From: Eledone cirrhosa
Lineage: Eukaryota
Length of the DNA: 64,000 nucleotides
Direction of reading: 5' to 3'
Assembly (NCBI GenBank): GCA_964016885.1
Contig: OZ024753.1
Coordinates: forward strand, 20,956,001-21,020,000
The translations under genes were made by a program, and so were the position numbers. Below the pieces are notes generated by a model, which was given only the letters and a program-made list of their open reading frames with translations, was not told the DNA's origin and searched no databases. Numbering within the stretch: position 1 is the first letter of the stretch; each line of letters starts with the position of its first letter. Shown here piece after piece: positions 1 through 11,513 of this stretch.

Positions 1-1930
1 TCCTCATCCTCAGGACACTGATCCACCCGCCGGCCATCCGCTCCACCATCAGGTCCAGGCTTCAACAGCTCCAGACTCTCACGAGTAGACTGGGCTTGAT
101 TGGCGGCCACCCAGCTCTCTTTCTGCTGAGGAACTGCTTCACCATGCCGAAGCTCCTCTATACACTCCGCAACGCTCCATGTTACACCCATACATCTCTC
201 CTCGCTGACCTCGATACTTGTATCCGAGCAGCAGCCGAGGAGATATGCAACATCAAGTTTGACGACATAGGGTGGCAACAGGCCACTTTACCTGTCAGGA
301 GTCGTTCACCTGTCAGGAGTCGTTCACGTTATTTCGCGACTCCACGTCGGCGTACTACTTCACTCGCCAGCAATCCATTATTTTGCTGGTATCATGCCAC
401 CTTCGCGGATAAGGCAAAACATTGCCGGCCTCCATGTAAATATTCAGCTTCGGGAAATGTAGATCAGAGTCACTAAAGGCGGCAAGTGAACTCTGCGAGA
501 CACAACAGAACCGCCATTTCTTCATAGAGGACCTCCTGTCTGGAAGAACCTTCCTCGTAGACATGCATGATCTCATCAGACAGCTTCATGCAGTATTTGG
601 CCTGTCAATTGTATGACAGTAACTCCTCCTGAATCATCAATGAATCTACAAGCTGTCAATCATTCACCGATACGGACTTTTGGACAAATCTCGCTTCCTC
701 TGCAATTCAGAAATCTTCGAGAATTCAAATGGATTTTTACAGTTGCTGACCTACCACATCCGATCTTGGGAGCGGATTTTCTACACCATTTTGCATTGAC
801 GGTGGACGTCCGTGGCCGACGCCTAGTAGACGACATTACTGGTTTTTCTCTTCGTGGCCAGAAAGCTAATTTTCCAACAGTTAGCCCGACCTTTTTCATC
901 GCTATTGCTGGGAATCCCTATCATGCATTGTTGAATTCTTTCCCACAGCTTACTCTTTCTGTTGAGCGTGCTACACCCACACATCTCTCCTCGCTTACCT
1001 CGATACTTGTATCCGAGCAGCGGCCGAGGAAATATGCAATGTCAAGTTTGACGACATTGGATGACAACAGGCTACTTTACCTGTCAAGTATGGTGGCCTT
1101 GGCCTCCGGTCCCCGATCTCACTGGCTTTGCCGGCGTATCTTTCGTCGGTAACCTCGTGCCACGTCCTCGTCAGCAGGGTTCTTCAAAACACAACAGAAC
1201 CCTCTGTGTTCAGAGAATGTGAGGCCACCTGTGAGACGTGGGACCGGTTGGGACTTAGCCTGGTAGACGTCCCTCTTTCTTCTCCCCTTGTTGATGTCAA
1301 GTCCCCCCAAAGCACTTGGGATGCCATCCAGTACAGCCGGGCCTCAGACAGGCTCATGCGCCAGCTCGACCAGCACCGCCTTGCTTGTTTTCGTGCGGCC
1401 TCCAAACCCTACAATGGTGCCTGGCTCCATGCTCTGCCCTCCTTCTCCACTGGCACGGAGCTAGACAACCATAGCCTGCGCATCGACGTTTCCCTGAGGC
1501 TTGACCTCCGGATCTGCCAGCCACACCAATGTCGCTGCGGTTCCATCGTGGACTCTTTCGGCCTCCATCCGCTTTCCTGTCGCCACAGTGCTGGCCACAT
1601 TCCATGACATGCTGCCCTCAACGAGGTCATTAAGCATGGCTTGGACGTTGCAGGCTTCCCTTCCCAGATTGAGCCGGTGGGGCTGGATCGAGGGGATGGC
1701 AAAAGGCCAGATGGCATGACCATCTTCCCATTACACGGTGGCAAACCCCTCATCTGGGATGCCACTTGCACTGACACTTTCTGCAGCCGCAGGTCTGAGC
1801 CCCGCGAGTGGCTTTTCCAACGCGTCTCCCTTGCCGTCTTCCGGGGAATACGCCTTCTCCATTCTGTCCGCTGGGGCTGTGGGTGGGCCCCATCGCGTAC
1901 CGTTATAGTTGTTGTATACAGATATTAACT
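1..1930 (+). mobile_element. Decayed CRE-like non-LTR retrotransposon 3' part with restriction-like endonuclease, interrupted at ~298-971
   Basis: Frameshifted ORFs give ALFLLRNCFTMPKLLYTLR, GAWLHALP, LRLDLRICQPHQCRCG-HPLSC and [30 protein letters not shown]. This is the zinc-knuckle plus PD..D RLE signature of CRE/R2-group LINEs. Confidence 0.85.
298..971 (+). mobile_element. Gypsy (CsRn1-like) gag C-terminus and aspartic protease fragment
   Basis: CWYHATFADKAKHCRPPC (CHCC knuckle) is followed by a stop, then RHFFIEDLLSGRTFLVD and LQAVNHSPIRTFG-FTVADLPHPILGADFLHHF (protease C-terminal ILGxDFL motif). Confidence 0.8.
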
Positions 1931-2080
1931 CATCAATCCCATATAGAAGGCGAATTATGTATATGTAGATATATATATATATGTGTGTATAAATATATAT
2001 ATGTGTGTATATATATATATATATATGTATATGTATATATATATGTATATATATATATATATAATATATATATATATATA

Positions 2081-2385
2081 TCATCATCATAATCATCATC
2101 ATCAACGTTTAACGTCCGTGTTCCACGCTTGCATGGGTTTGGACGGGGGTTTTCCCACTTGAGGCAAGAGTGATTGTCTTGCTCGCATAGGACTGTCTGG
2201 CGGGTTTTCTACAGCTGGATGCCCTTCTTAACACCAACCACATTTACAGTGTGGGGCTGGGAGGTTTTTACCGTGTTGCCTACACGGCCACATTACAGCG
2301 TGGACTGTGTGTTTTTTTGTCGTGACACCTACACGATCTCATTTGTTTCGGCCTGGATGTTGTGGCATCAACATAACTTTACATT
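2081..2385 (-). mobile_element. Isolated RTE 3'-UTR tail (5'-truncated LINE or tail-derived SINE)
   Basis: Matches the 3' UTR of the RTE at 58243-58670 and ends in a (GAT)n tail. A near-identical opposite-strand copy lies at 4621-4913. Confidence 0.8.
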
Positions 2386-2393
2386 GAATATAT

Positions 2394-2472
<79 letters not shown>

Positions 2473-2475
<3 letters not shown>

Positions 2476-2571
2476 TGGTTACGCAACAGTTAGTTCATCA
2501 AACCGAGAACAATTGTTTCAAGGTGAAACAATTGTTCTCGGTATGGTGAACTAACTGTTGTGTAACCACTT
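2473..2571. repeat. ~99-bp imperfect palindrome next to (TA)n, probable PLE terminus
   Basis: aagtggttacgcaacagttagttca...gtttca-agg-tgaaac...tgaactaactgttgtgtaaccactt. Confidence 0.85.
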
Positions 2572-2684
2572 CTGCCTAACTCATTCCATGGACTGAGTGC
2601 TCTACCACTACGGATATTACCTTCCAGTGTTCTACCACTATATATATATATATATATATATATGTATAATAAGTAGGAGTACAT

Positions 2685-3757
2685 CAGGGTTCGAGCCTCA
2701 GCCCCCTCTTATTCATTATAGTCCTCCAAGCCATAACAGAGGAGTTTAAGACTAGCTGTCCATAGGAACTTCTTGATGCTGATGATCTGGTTCTTATAGC
2801 AGAATCAGTAGAGGCGCTAGAGAAGAAATTCTGGCTATGGAAACAGCTGTTGGAATCAAGAGGACTGAGAGTGAACCTAGCTAAAATAAAAGTGTTGGTA
2901 AATAGAAAAGGGGACAATACTCTGATTCCATCAGGGAAATGGCCATGTTTGATATGTAGAAAAGGAACTGGCATAAATTCAATAAAATGTACGCAATGCA
3001 GATCTTGGGTACACAAGAGATGTAGTGGGATAGCAGGCAAACTAACAAGTAGGGAAAACTACGTATGCAGTAGATGTACAGGGAAAGTTGGCAGTAGTAA
3101 TCGCAATGATAGACACATTTTTCAAATGCAGGTGGGTTCTATACAAGTGGTTGATAGCTTCCGGTACCTAGGAGATCAGATTAGCATGGGAGGGGGGTGT
3201 TCCGAGGCCATAGTATCTAGAATAAAGATGGGTTGGAAGAAGTTTAGGGAGCTGCTTCCTCTGTTGACAAAGAAGGGTTTCTCCCTGCGTACAAAAGGCC
3301 GGTTATATGATGCCTGTGTGAGATGGGCGGTGCTGCATGATAGTGAGACATGGACAGCAACTGCAGAGGATATGCGAAGGCTGGAGAGATGCTCCGTTGG
3401 ATGTGCAATGTCAATGTGCGTGAACGACCAAGCATAGATGAGTTGAGAGAGAAACTGTGTATAAGAGGGATATGTTGTGGTATGCATGAGAGAAGACTGC
3501 GATGGTATGGACATGTGATGTGCATGGAGGATGACCGATGGGTAAAGATGTGCCAAGAAATGTCAGTAGAAGGAAGACACAGTAGAGGAAGACCACGAAA
3601 AACATGGGCGGAGGTGGTGAGAGCAGACCTCAGATCACTGAAACTCGCCGAGGAGATGACGAAGGACCGTGACAAGTGGAGAGATGCTGTGCTGAATAGG
3701 ACCCATCCAACCCTTGGAAGCAGGGAAAAGCAGCTGTAAAATGTAGATGATGAAGAT
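2685..3757 (+). mobile_element. RTE-clade LINE, 5'-truncated
   Basis: QG-LSPLLFIIVL, (Y)ADD-like ELLDADDL, Cys-rich insert CLIC-CTQC-WVHKRC-CSRC, FRYLGD, RRLRWYGHV, RGRPRKTW, then a (GAT)n tail. Confidence 0.9.
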
Positions 3758-3821
3758 GTATATATATATATATGTCTGTATATATATGTATGTATATATA
3801 TGTATATATATATATATGTAT

Positions 3822-4165
3822 GGAGGCACATGGCTTAGTGGTTAGAGCATTGGCCTTGCAATCGAAAGGTTGTGAGTTCAATTCTCAGACCGGGTGATGT
3901 GTTGTTTCCTTGAGCAAGACACTTTATTTCACATTGCTCCAGTTTACTCAGCTGTACAAATGAGATGATAGGGACTGGGGTCCCTATCATTCCACTGCAA
4001 AGTGGTCGTGGAGGTGCCACGGCAAAAAAGCACCCAGCACTCACTGTAAATGAGGTTGGTGTTAGGAAGGGCATCCAGCTGTAGAAATCAAGCCAGAATC
4101 AGTTCCCGTCCCACCCTTGCAAGCAGGGAAAAGCGGACGTAAAATGAAATGATGATGAATGATGA
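3822..4165 (+). mobile_element. tRNA-derived CORE-type SINE with RTE 3' tail (family 1)
   Basis: A box tggcttagtgg, B box gagttcaattc, CORE-like ccttgagcaagacactt, and a 3' end shared with the RTE UTRs. Confidence 0.85.
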
Positions 4166-4195
4166 TATGTATATATATATAAATGTATATATATA

Positions 4196-4405
4196 TAGGA
4201 ACAAGTAAGACCCCGACGGCTGAGCTCAAGCCGTTTCGACGGCTAATTCTGTACAAAATTAGCAGTCGAAACGGCTTGAGCTCAGCTGTCGGGGTCTTAC
4301 TTGTTCCTATTACCCACTCTACTACCCTAAGTATTGAGTACTTTGGTGCGTTATGGTCCACCTGGTTCCTTACCACGTTTCCTTCGTTATGTATATATAT
4401 ATATA

Positions 4406-4438
<33 letters not shown>

Positions 4439-4585
4439 CGAAGGAAATGTGGTAAGGAACCAGGTGGACCATAACGCACCAAAGTACTCAATACTTGAGG
4501 TAGTAGAGTGGGTAATAGGAACCAGTAAGACCCCAGAATTAGCCGTCGAAACGGCTTGAGCTCAGCTGTCGGGGTCTTACTGGTT

Positions 4586-4590
<5 letters not shown>
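4196..4590. mobile_element. Nested inverted repeats of a PLE-type terminus containing the 3' half of a hammerhead
   Basis: A palindrome at 4196-4310 plus inverted arms ~4291-4390 and ~4435-4534. Motif gtcGAAACggc-ttgagctca-gctGTC/gggg. Confidence 0.75.
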
Positions 4591-4620
<30 letters not shown>

Positions 4621-4625
<5 letters not shown>

Positions 4626-4911
4626 TATGTTGGTGCCGCGCCATCCAGGCCGAAACAAATGAGATCGTGAAGGTGTCACGACAAAAAAACACACAGTCCA
4701 CGCTGTAATGTGGCCGTGTAGGCAACACGGTAAAAACCTCCCAGACCCACACTGTAAATGTGGTTGGTGTTAGGAAGGGCATCCAGCTGTAGAAAACCTG
4801 CCAGACAGTCCTATGCGAGCAAGACAATCACTCTTGCCTCAAGTGGGACTACCCCCGTCCAAACCCATGCAAGCGTGGAACGCGGACGTTAAACGTTGAT
4901 GATGATGATGA

Positions 4912-4913
<2 letters not shown>
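4621..4913 (+). mobile_element. Isolated RTE 3'-UTR tail
   Basis: Reverse complement of 2081-2385, with a (GAT)n tail. Confidence 0.8.
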
Positions 4914-4946
<33 letters not shown>

Positions 4947-4948
<2 letters not shown>

Positions 4949-5400
4949 CACATGATTTAGTGGTTAGAGCATTGGCCTTGCAATCGAAAGGTTGTGAGTT
5001 CAATTCTCAGACAATGGGTGATGTTGTTTCCTTCAGCAAAACACTTTATTTCACATTGCTCCAGTTTACTCAGCTGTAGATGAGACTGGGGTCCATATCA
5101 TTCCACTGCAAAGTGGTCATGCAGGTGCCACGCCAAAAAAGCACCCAGTACTCACTGTAAATGAGGTTAGACGGGTTCTCCTTGTTGTAGGCAGTGTTCG
5201 GTCGGCTGAACTTGTCTTCCTCATATGGGGACTGATTCTGGCTTGATTTCTACAGCTGGATGCCCTTCCTAACACCAACCTCATTTACAGTGAGTGCTGG
5301 GGCTAGGTGCTTTTTTTCCATGGCTCCTCCATGGTGTGGGGGCCTATTGTCTATATGCTTCAGCTTTGGCTTGTACCCGTGGGGGGTCGGGTCTTCTTAT
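4947..5400. mobile_element. Family-1 SINE (+, ~4947-5168) fused to an RTE tail (-, ~5166-5400)
   Basis: Same tRNA head and CORE block as 3822, followed by the reverse complement of the RTE UTR seen at 22030-22330. Confidence 0.75.
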
Positions 5401-5412
5401 ATATATATATAT

Positions 5413-5496
5413 ATATTTATTAAAATAACAGATTAAAGTTTAAGTAAAGAATTGCGATTCTTTGCTTAAACTTCAATCTGTTATTTTAATAAATAT
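5413..5496. repeat. ~84-bp palindrome next to (TA)n, PLE-terminus family also present at ~62255-62340
   Basis: tttattaaaataacagattaaagtttaagtaaagaat / attctttgcttaaacttcaatctgttattttaataaa. The homologue at ~62260 is preceded by hammerhead-like cagaaga-tccc-attaa-gggt-gaaa. Confidence 0.8.
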
Positions 5497-5582
5497 TTGC
5501 TCTACGGTTCTTATATATTTGATATATATTTATCCTTATCGAGCCCTCTTTGGATTTTAGTCTTCAATTTTATTATTATTAC

Positions 5583-5620
<38 letters not shown>

Positions 5621-5639
5621 TTTAGTTCCACCACAAATT

Positions 5640-5970
5640 AGCAAACCATACTCAAGGAGGTGTGTTTTACCTAGCGAATTTTCAACTACAAGAAGGCCTG
5701 AAACATGACCTCTTCAACAACGGTGTCATATACCTGCAATAGTCTATGAGGCTGAACTTACATCTATTCAACCAAACCAACACCAGGAGGTCAAAACATA
5801 TGTAGGCACGGTGGATCGCCGGTTTAAAAGACACTTCCTTAACCATCCTTTAGACACTCTGATAAGGGATCATCATGAAGCTAACAAGCCACATATGGTC
5901 ACTCAAAGATGCATATGTCGATTACGCCATTCAATGGAAAGTGCTGACCAAATCTAGACCATGCAGATGG
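5640..5970 (+). pseudogene. GIY-YIG endonuclease remnant of a Penelope-like element (Naiad-like spacing)
   Basis: Manual translation: (C/*)PLQQRCHIPAIVYEAEL-KTYVGTVDRRFKRHFLNH, then SHIWSLKDAYVDYAIQWKVLTKSRPC after frameshifts. Confidence 0.7.
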
Positions 5971-6045
5971 TTATCAGCCCAGTGCTGATACCCATCTTTC
6001 TCCGCTCAGTATAAATGCCCCTTTATTAAACTATATTTTGTAGTC

Positions 6046-6123
6046 AAAGTTACGGCTATGCTTCTATTTCAATTTGCGGGATTTTAATCCTGCAAATTGA
6101 AATAGAAGCATAGCCGTAACTTT
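6046..6123. repeat. 78-bp palindrome just downstream of the GIY-YIG remnant
   Basis: aaagttacggctatgcttctatttcaatttgc / gcaaattgaaatagaagcatagccgtaacttt. Confidence 0.85.
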
Positions 6124-6199
6124 CTAAAGGAAATTTTTCATTATGTCTATATATATTTTTCACATTAGCTCCAATTATTTTTATCTTACTGAGTATGCG

Positions 6200-6458
6200 A
6201 CTGTAAATTGGAGAACATTCTGAGAGAGTGCACTTGCTCTAGTGGACAAGGTTACCGTGACTTTTTGTGGGCTTTCTCCACAAGTGACCTTCTTTTAAGG
6301 AATTTGTTGTTTTAATTTTTTAAATGTTTATTTCATAGTTTGCTTTATAAACCTTTTTCTTACACAAAAAGACCCAACACTGTCCTGTACTGTCTTTATT
6401 GTCTTCTTAATGTAAGCCCTATGGGTAATAAAGAAACCATTATTATTATTATTATTAC
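6200..6458 (+). mobile_element. L1/Tx1-like 3' tail
   Basis: cactgtcctgtactgtctttattgtc...aataaagaaaccattattatt resembles the Tx1 tails at 44190-44262 and 51180-51272. Confidence 0.5.
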
Positions 6459-6699
6459 TATAGTTATCTTTCTTCATCTTCTTTCAGACTTTACATCAAT
6501 CTTTATATAAGTACCTTTAACAAACCAATAGTGCTGACTGTTTGGCTGTTGATTCATGGAACTTTTTCTTTTAATCATCAAAATCTGTTCACAATATTTG
6601 GACTTACCATTTGGCTGATTTCTATGACAACATATTCTTTTATTTATTACAAAAAAGAAACCAAACAGAAAGAAAAAATAACGGCAAGTTCAGTTTTAT

Positions 6700-7852
6700 C
6701 TTTGTCTTTTGCTTTTTTTTCTCTATAATCATTTTCATTGCTGAGGGGAGTCAACCATAGGTTTTTCATTCTCCTAGAGGTTAATAAATTGATTACCAGT
6801 CAAAGATTGAGATCAATAAAAAGGGCTTATTGGTTGGTTGGTTGGTTCGATAACTGGATGGTTGTTTATATATTGTCAACGCTCTTTCATCACACATTCT
6901 GTGACCTCCTCAGTGACTGGGTTTTTATTTTGTGTCTCTCCTTTGTTCTATCCTACACCATCTTGGTTTTGTGTTGAGTGCTGTGCACTTAGTTTGCGCA
7001 TGAATTATATCCATGTGTGTGTGTTTATTTTATTTATTTATGTGTTTATTTACTTGTCACTAATTGATTGTTTGTTCTATCTGTGTGTGCCTGATTTGTT
7101 TTGTTAGTTTGTTTTTGTGTGAGTCTATTTGTCTTCATTTTGTCCTTAATTACTAGTTGAGATGTTGCTATTCCACTCATGTTTTCTGTTTAATTTTGGT
7201 TGGAGTTCGTTTATGTTTGTCACCTCTGTGGTTTGTCTGAGCATTGCATCTTTTCTGTATGTAGATATAATTTTTATCTCTATGTTCTCTAATGTGCCCC
7301 CATGTTCTATTTTGGCATGTTGGTGGAGTACTGATGAGTTTTTTCCATCCTGGAGTTTTCGCCAATGTTTACTTATCCTTTCTCCTATGCTATGGGCTGT
7401 CTCACCTATGTATGTTATGTTCTTATTCCTACACTGTCCCTCGGTACATCTTTTGCAAAAGACAACGTTTTTATAATTTTTATATTTAACTTGCAGACTA
7501 TGCATTTCCTATCAGCACAGGGGGATCTTTGAAATGGGTATGTTTTGCTAATTAGGGTTTTTACGGGAATACCTGGTCTTTCAACTCTCTTAATATTTAA
7601 TTTTAGTTTGTCTAGAGACTTTCTAAATCTGTAAACTAGTTCGCCTCTAGGGGTTGCATTGATGAATGTTACACTCCAATATTTATTGCTATCATATCAT
7701 GAGTTGATTTTATTTGTCTTTTTCTTAATCCTTTCTATTTTATTCCAAAATTTGTTCCTAAGCATGAGACAAGTCCTATTTGCATCATTTTCTACAATCT
7801 TTGCCCGTTTGGTCCTGGTTCCTTTATACCTCCTGATCTTAATTATTATGTA
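6700..7852 (-). mobile_element. Penelope-like element 3' part (GIY-YIG domain and terminal repeat)
   Basis: ORF 7146-7505: NVVF-C-C-YIGETAHSIGERISKH-SVLHQH-H-RQTTE-I-PKLN. An upstream CxxxxCxxC motif and a downstream hammerhead-like motif are also present. Confidence 0.85.
6875..6917 (-). ncRNA. Type I hammerhead ribozyme-like motif (stem III imperfect)
   Basis: gtca CTGAGGA g gtcac-agaatgt-gtgat GAAA gagcgt tgac. Stems I and II pair. Confidence 0.55.
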
Positions 7853-7854
7853 TT

Positions 7855-10500
7855 TCTTGGCACTTCTACCTAGCGGTCAACCTCCATGTGCATCACATGC
7901 CCATACCATCGCAGTCTTCTCTCTCGCACACTACAACTTATCCCTCTTATATACAGTTTCTCTCTCAACTCGTCTATGCTTGGTTGTTCACGCACATTGA
8001 CATTGCACATCCAACGGAGCATGCTTGCTTAATTTCTCTTCAGCCGTCACATATGCTCTGCAGTTGCTGCCCATGTCTCACTACCATGCAACATCGCATA
8101 TCTCACACAGACATATAACCGGCCTTTCATTCGTAGGGAGAAACCCTTCTTTGTCAACAGAGGAATCAGCTCCCTAAACTTCTTTCAAATTTCCATGCAT
8201 ATGTAGTTTTCCCTACCTGTTAGTTTGCCTGCTATACCCACTACATCTGTTGTGTACCCAAGATCTGCATTGTGTCATTTTATAGAATTTATGCCAGCTC
8301 CTTTTCTACATATCGAACATGGCCATTTCCCTGACGGAATCAGAGTTTTGTCCTCTTCTCTACTTATCAACACTTTTGTCTTAGCTAGGTTCACTCTTAG
8401 TCCTCTACTGATTCTGCTATAAGTACCAGATCGTCAGCATAGAGAAGTTCCCATGGGCATCCAGTCATAAGCTCCTCTGTTATGGCTTGGAGGACTATAA
8501 TGAACAAAAGCGGGCTGAGGACTGAACCCTGATGTACTCCCCCTTGTATCTGGAATGCCTCACTAAACTCCATTACTACTCTCACTTTACTGACAGCACC
8601 CCTGTACATAGCTTGCACTGTCCTCACAAACCATTCCTCTACATCTAGTTTCCTTAGAGACCACCAGATGACAGATCGGGATACCCTATCAAAGGCCTTC
8701 TCTAGATCAAAAAAGGCTAAGTATGGTGGCTTATTCCTCTCTAAGAACCTCTCACTAAGAAGAGGGCATATGTTGTACTTTTCCCAGGCACAAAACCAAA
8801 CTGCATCTCATCTAATTTGACCCTTTCTCAAATTAGTTGCGTTAATATTCTTTCTGCCACTTTCATAACCTGATCCATCAGTTTTATGCCCCTATAATTG
8901 CTCCTCGCCAGAGCATCCCCTTCACTTTTGTAGCAATTTATGAGAATACTGCTGCACCAGACTTTGGGTATGACTCCAACATATATAGCTTGGTTGACGA
9001 TGCGTGCAACCAATTTAATTCCTACTTCTCCTGATGTCTTCAACATCTCTGCAACTATCCCCAATGCTCCAGCAGCCTTACCATGTTTCATTTCCTTAAT
9101 CGCCTCTTGGACCCTATATTCGTCAATCTCAATAGCTAGTCCCTCTGTCGGGTCTACTGGAGGTAATTTTTCTCTCTCCCTTTCGTTCTCCACATTCATA
9201 ATGACATTTCCAGGCCTCCTTTTTCCGATCATTAGTGACAGTAAGAACACAAGCATCATTTCGGACACATTTATCTCCAACAACATCCTGATTTACATTG
9301 ACACACTGCCTTGCACCATACGTCTCTGACCTTCCCGTCGCAGAACATTGGCAAACTCTCAGTATGCTAAGTACACCTGACGTCTAGCTTCTCTCTTAGC
9401 GGCTGTATATCCTTCTCTACTCGCACCCATCTTCCAAGCCTTCTATGCTAGTCTTTTGTCTTTAATGGCTCTATCTACCATGCTGTTCCACCACCAGGTC
9501 ACTCTCTGCCTGGTCGGAGCTCTGCTCCAGCCACAAGTTTCTTCAGTAGCCTGCAGTAAGCTGTCACGTAAATATATTCCAATTATCATCTATGTCATAC
9601 AATTCTAACTCATCTTCTTTTTCTTCATACACATCTTGAAGGGTTTTCCTAAATTTATATTTTAGTGAAATGTCTTTTAGCTTCCAGACCTTCCTTTTCC
9701 ACACCTTCCTATATGTCTCATTTTGTCTCTTGCTTATTGAGATGTCACTGATGACTAACCTATGTTAATGGGTACATTCTTCCCCGGGGTATGCCTTAGT
9801 AAATGTTCACCATTTGTCTGTCTCGTTGCCTAACTAGCAAGAAGTCAATCTGGCTTATGTGCTTGCCTGATTGGTAGGTTTCCTGAAGTTAGTGTTGCAT
9901 CACAAGATTCAAGAAGCCTCACTTCTTCATTTCTTGAGCCATAACCATGACCACCATGTACTCCAGTGTATCCATCCTGGAGCTGTCCAACATGACCATT
10001 GAAGTCACCTGCTAATATAACTAGGTCTCTGTCCTCTGTCATTGTGGTTGTCTCTAGAAGTTGCTCGTAAAAGCACTCCTTCTCTTCTTTACCTAGGCCT
10101 GCTTGAGGAGTATAGGTAGAGATAATTGTCAGTAGTCTCTTGCCTACAACTAATCCAATCTTAATTATTCTGTTACTGACTCTGACTTCCTCTATTATCT
10201 TATCGATCCACCTTTGTCAGTAAAATGCCTACTCCACCTAACCCATCTTCATTTCCTACCCAGAGAAGCTTATGACTAAGATGTTTGCCTACAATTAGTC
10301 TTGCTGAGGCACTTCTCCATCTCACCTCTTGCATGCAGCACACATCCACATGTCTTCTCTCTATCATCTCACCAGATCCACCCGTCAGGGTACCAACATT
10401 AAGTGTGGCAACCCTGAAATATGACATCTTTCCTTGATTTTTCCTTTTCTGCAAAGAAAAATATTTGGAATCATTAACATCATTATTACTGTTGTTGTTG
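7855..10500 (-). mobile_element. RTE-clade LINE, near full-length but decayed (APE and RT)
   Basis: RVATLNVGTLTG-CMQEVRW, ILAGDFNGHVG, NYRGIKLMD, VHQGSVLSPLLF, LLYADD, with many stops and deletions. Confidence 0.9.
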
Positions 10501-10515
10501 TGCGATATATATATA

Positions 10516-11512
10516 ATAAGTTGGAAATAAAGTAATGTCAGTTTGTTATATGACGAGTTTAAAGTCTTCTGTCTAAATACTCAATTGATGATTTAAGTTA
10601 TATAAATTATAATGTTTGTTTGATTGTTTCGGATTAATCATTATTGAATTTAAGGGACATACAATCAATTTAGCATCTAAAGAATGGAGGTTGATGAAGA
10701 CCACCTGAGGTACTGTATGCTATATGAAATAGAAAAGGGCACATCAGCTGCCCAAACTAAAAGAAACATTTGTTCTGTGTATGGAAACAATGTTCTAAAT
10801 TATGTCAACAGTGGTTTGCAAAGTTTTCTTCAGGTAATTTTGATCTTAAAGATTGTCCTCGTTCTGGAAGACCAAAATCAGTGGATAGGACAGCCTTTTG
10901 AACTGCAGTAGAGGCTAATCCAAAGTCTACAAGTAGAGAAACTTGCTGAACACCACATACAACCATAGTTTCATCTCTTCATGAACTAGGAAACGTCTCA
11001 AAACTGAGCCAATGATCTGAATGAGGCCCAACGAAATGGTTGACCATTTGCTTTTTTTTGCTTTCAAGGAATAGCAGAAAATGTTTTTTGGAAATAATTA
11101 TGACTGGAGATGAAGAATGTGTCCTGTATAACAATGTCCAGTGCAAAAGACAGTGGTTGAGTAAAAATCAAAGCCCACTCTCAGTTCCAAAGTGAGGGTT
11201 ACACACAAAGGTGATGCTCTGTTTATGGTTGGACATGAAAGGACCGATTCATTATGAACTTTTAAACCAAAACCAAAAATCACAGCTGAAAAATATTGCT
11301 CACAGCTTTAAAATCTCAGGACTGCTTTATGCAGAAAAGGGCTTGCATTGCTCAATAGGAAAGGCGTTGTGCTTCAGCATGACAACACTAGACCTCACAC
11401 AGCAAGAATCACTCAACAGTTTCAATTGGGAAGTTTTACCTCATCCACCTTATTCTCCTGACTTGTTTCCCTTGGATTATCATGTGTTTAGATCTTTGCA
11501 GCATCATTTAAG
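10516..11512 (+). mobile_element. Mariner (Tc1/mariner) transposon remnant, 3' end lost
   Basis: TA followed by TIR-like taagttggaaataaagtaatgtcagttt. Translation: MEVDEDHLRYCMLYE-GTSAA-ICSVYG, MTGDE, KVMLCLWLDMKG, HDN(T)RPH, HPPYSPDL-DYHVFRSLQ. Confidence 0.9.
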
Positions 11513-11513
11513 C

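Noticed and set aside
3822-3895. tRNA gene (and similar heads at 4947, 24595, 25797)
   Set aside because: A and B boxes are present but the cloverleaf stems are poor, and the sequence continues into the CORE block and RTE tail. These are SINE heads.
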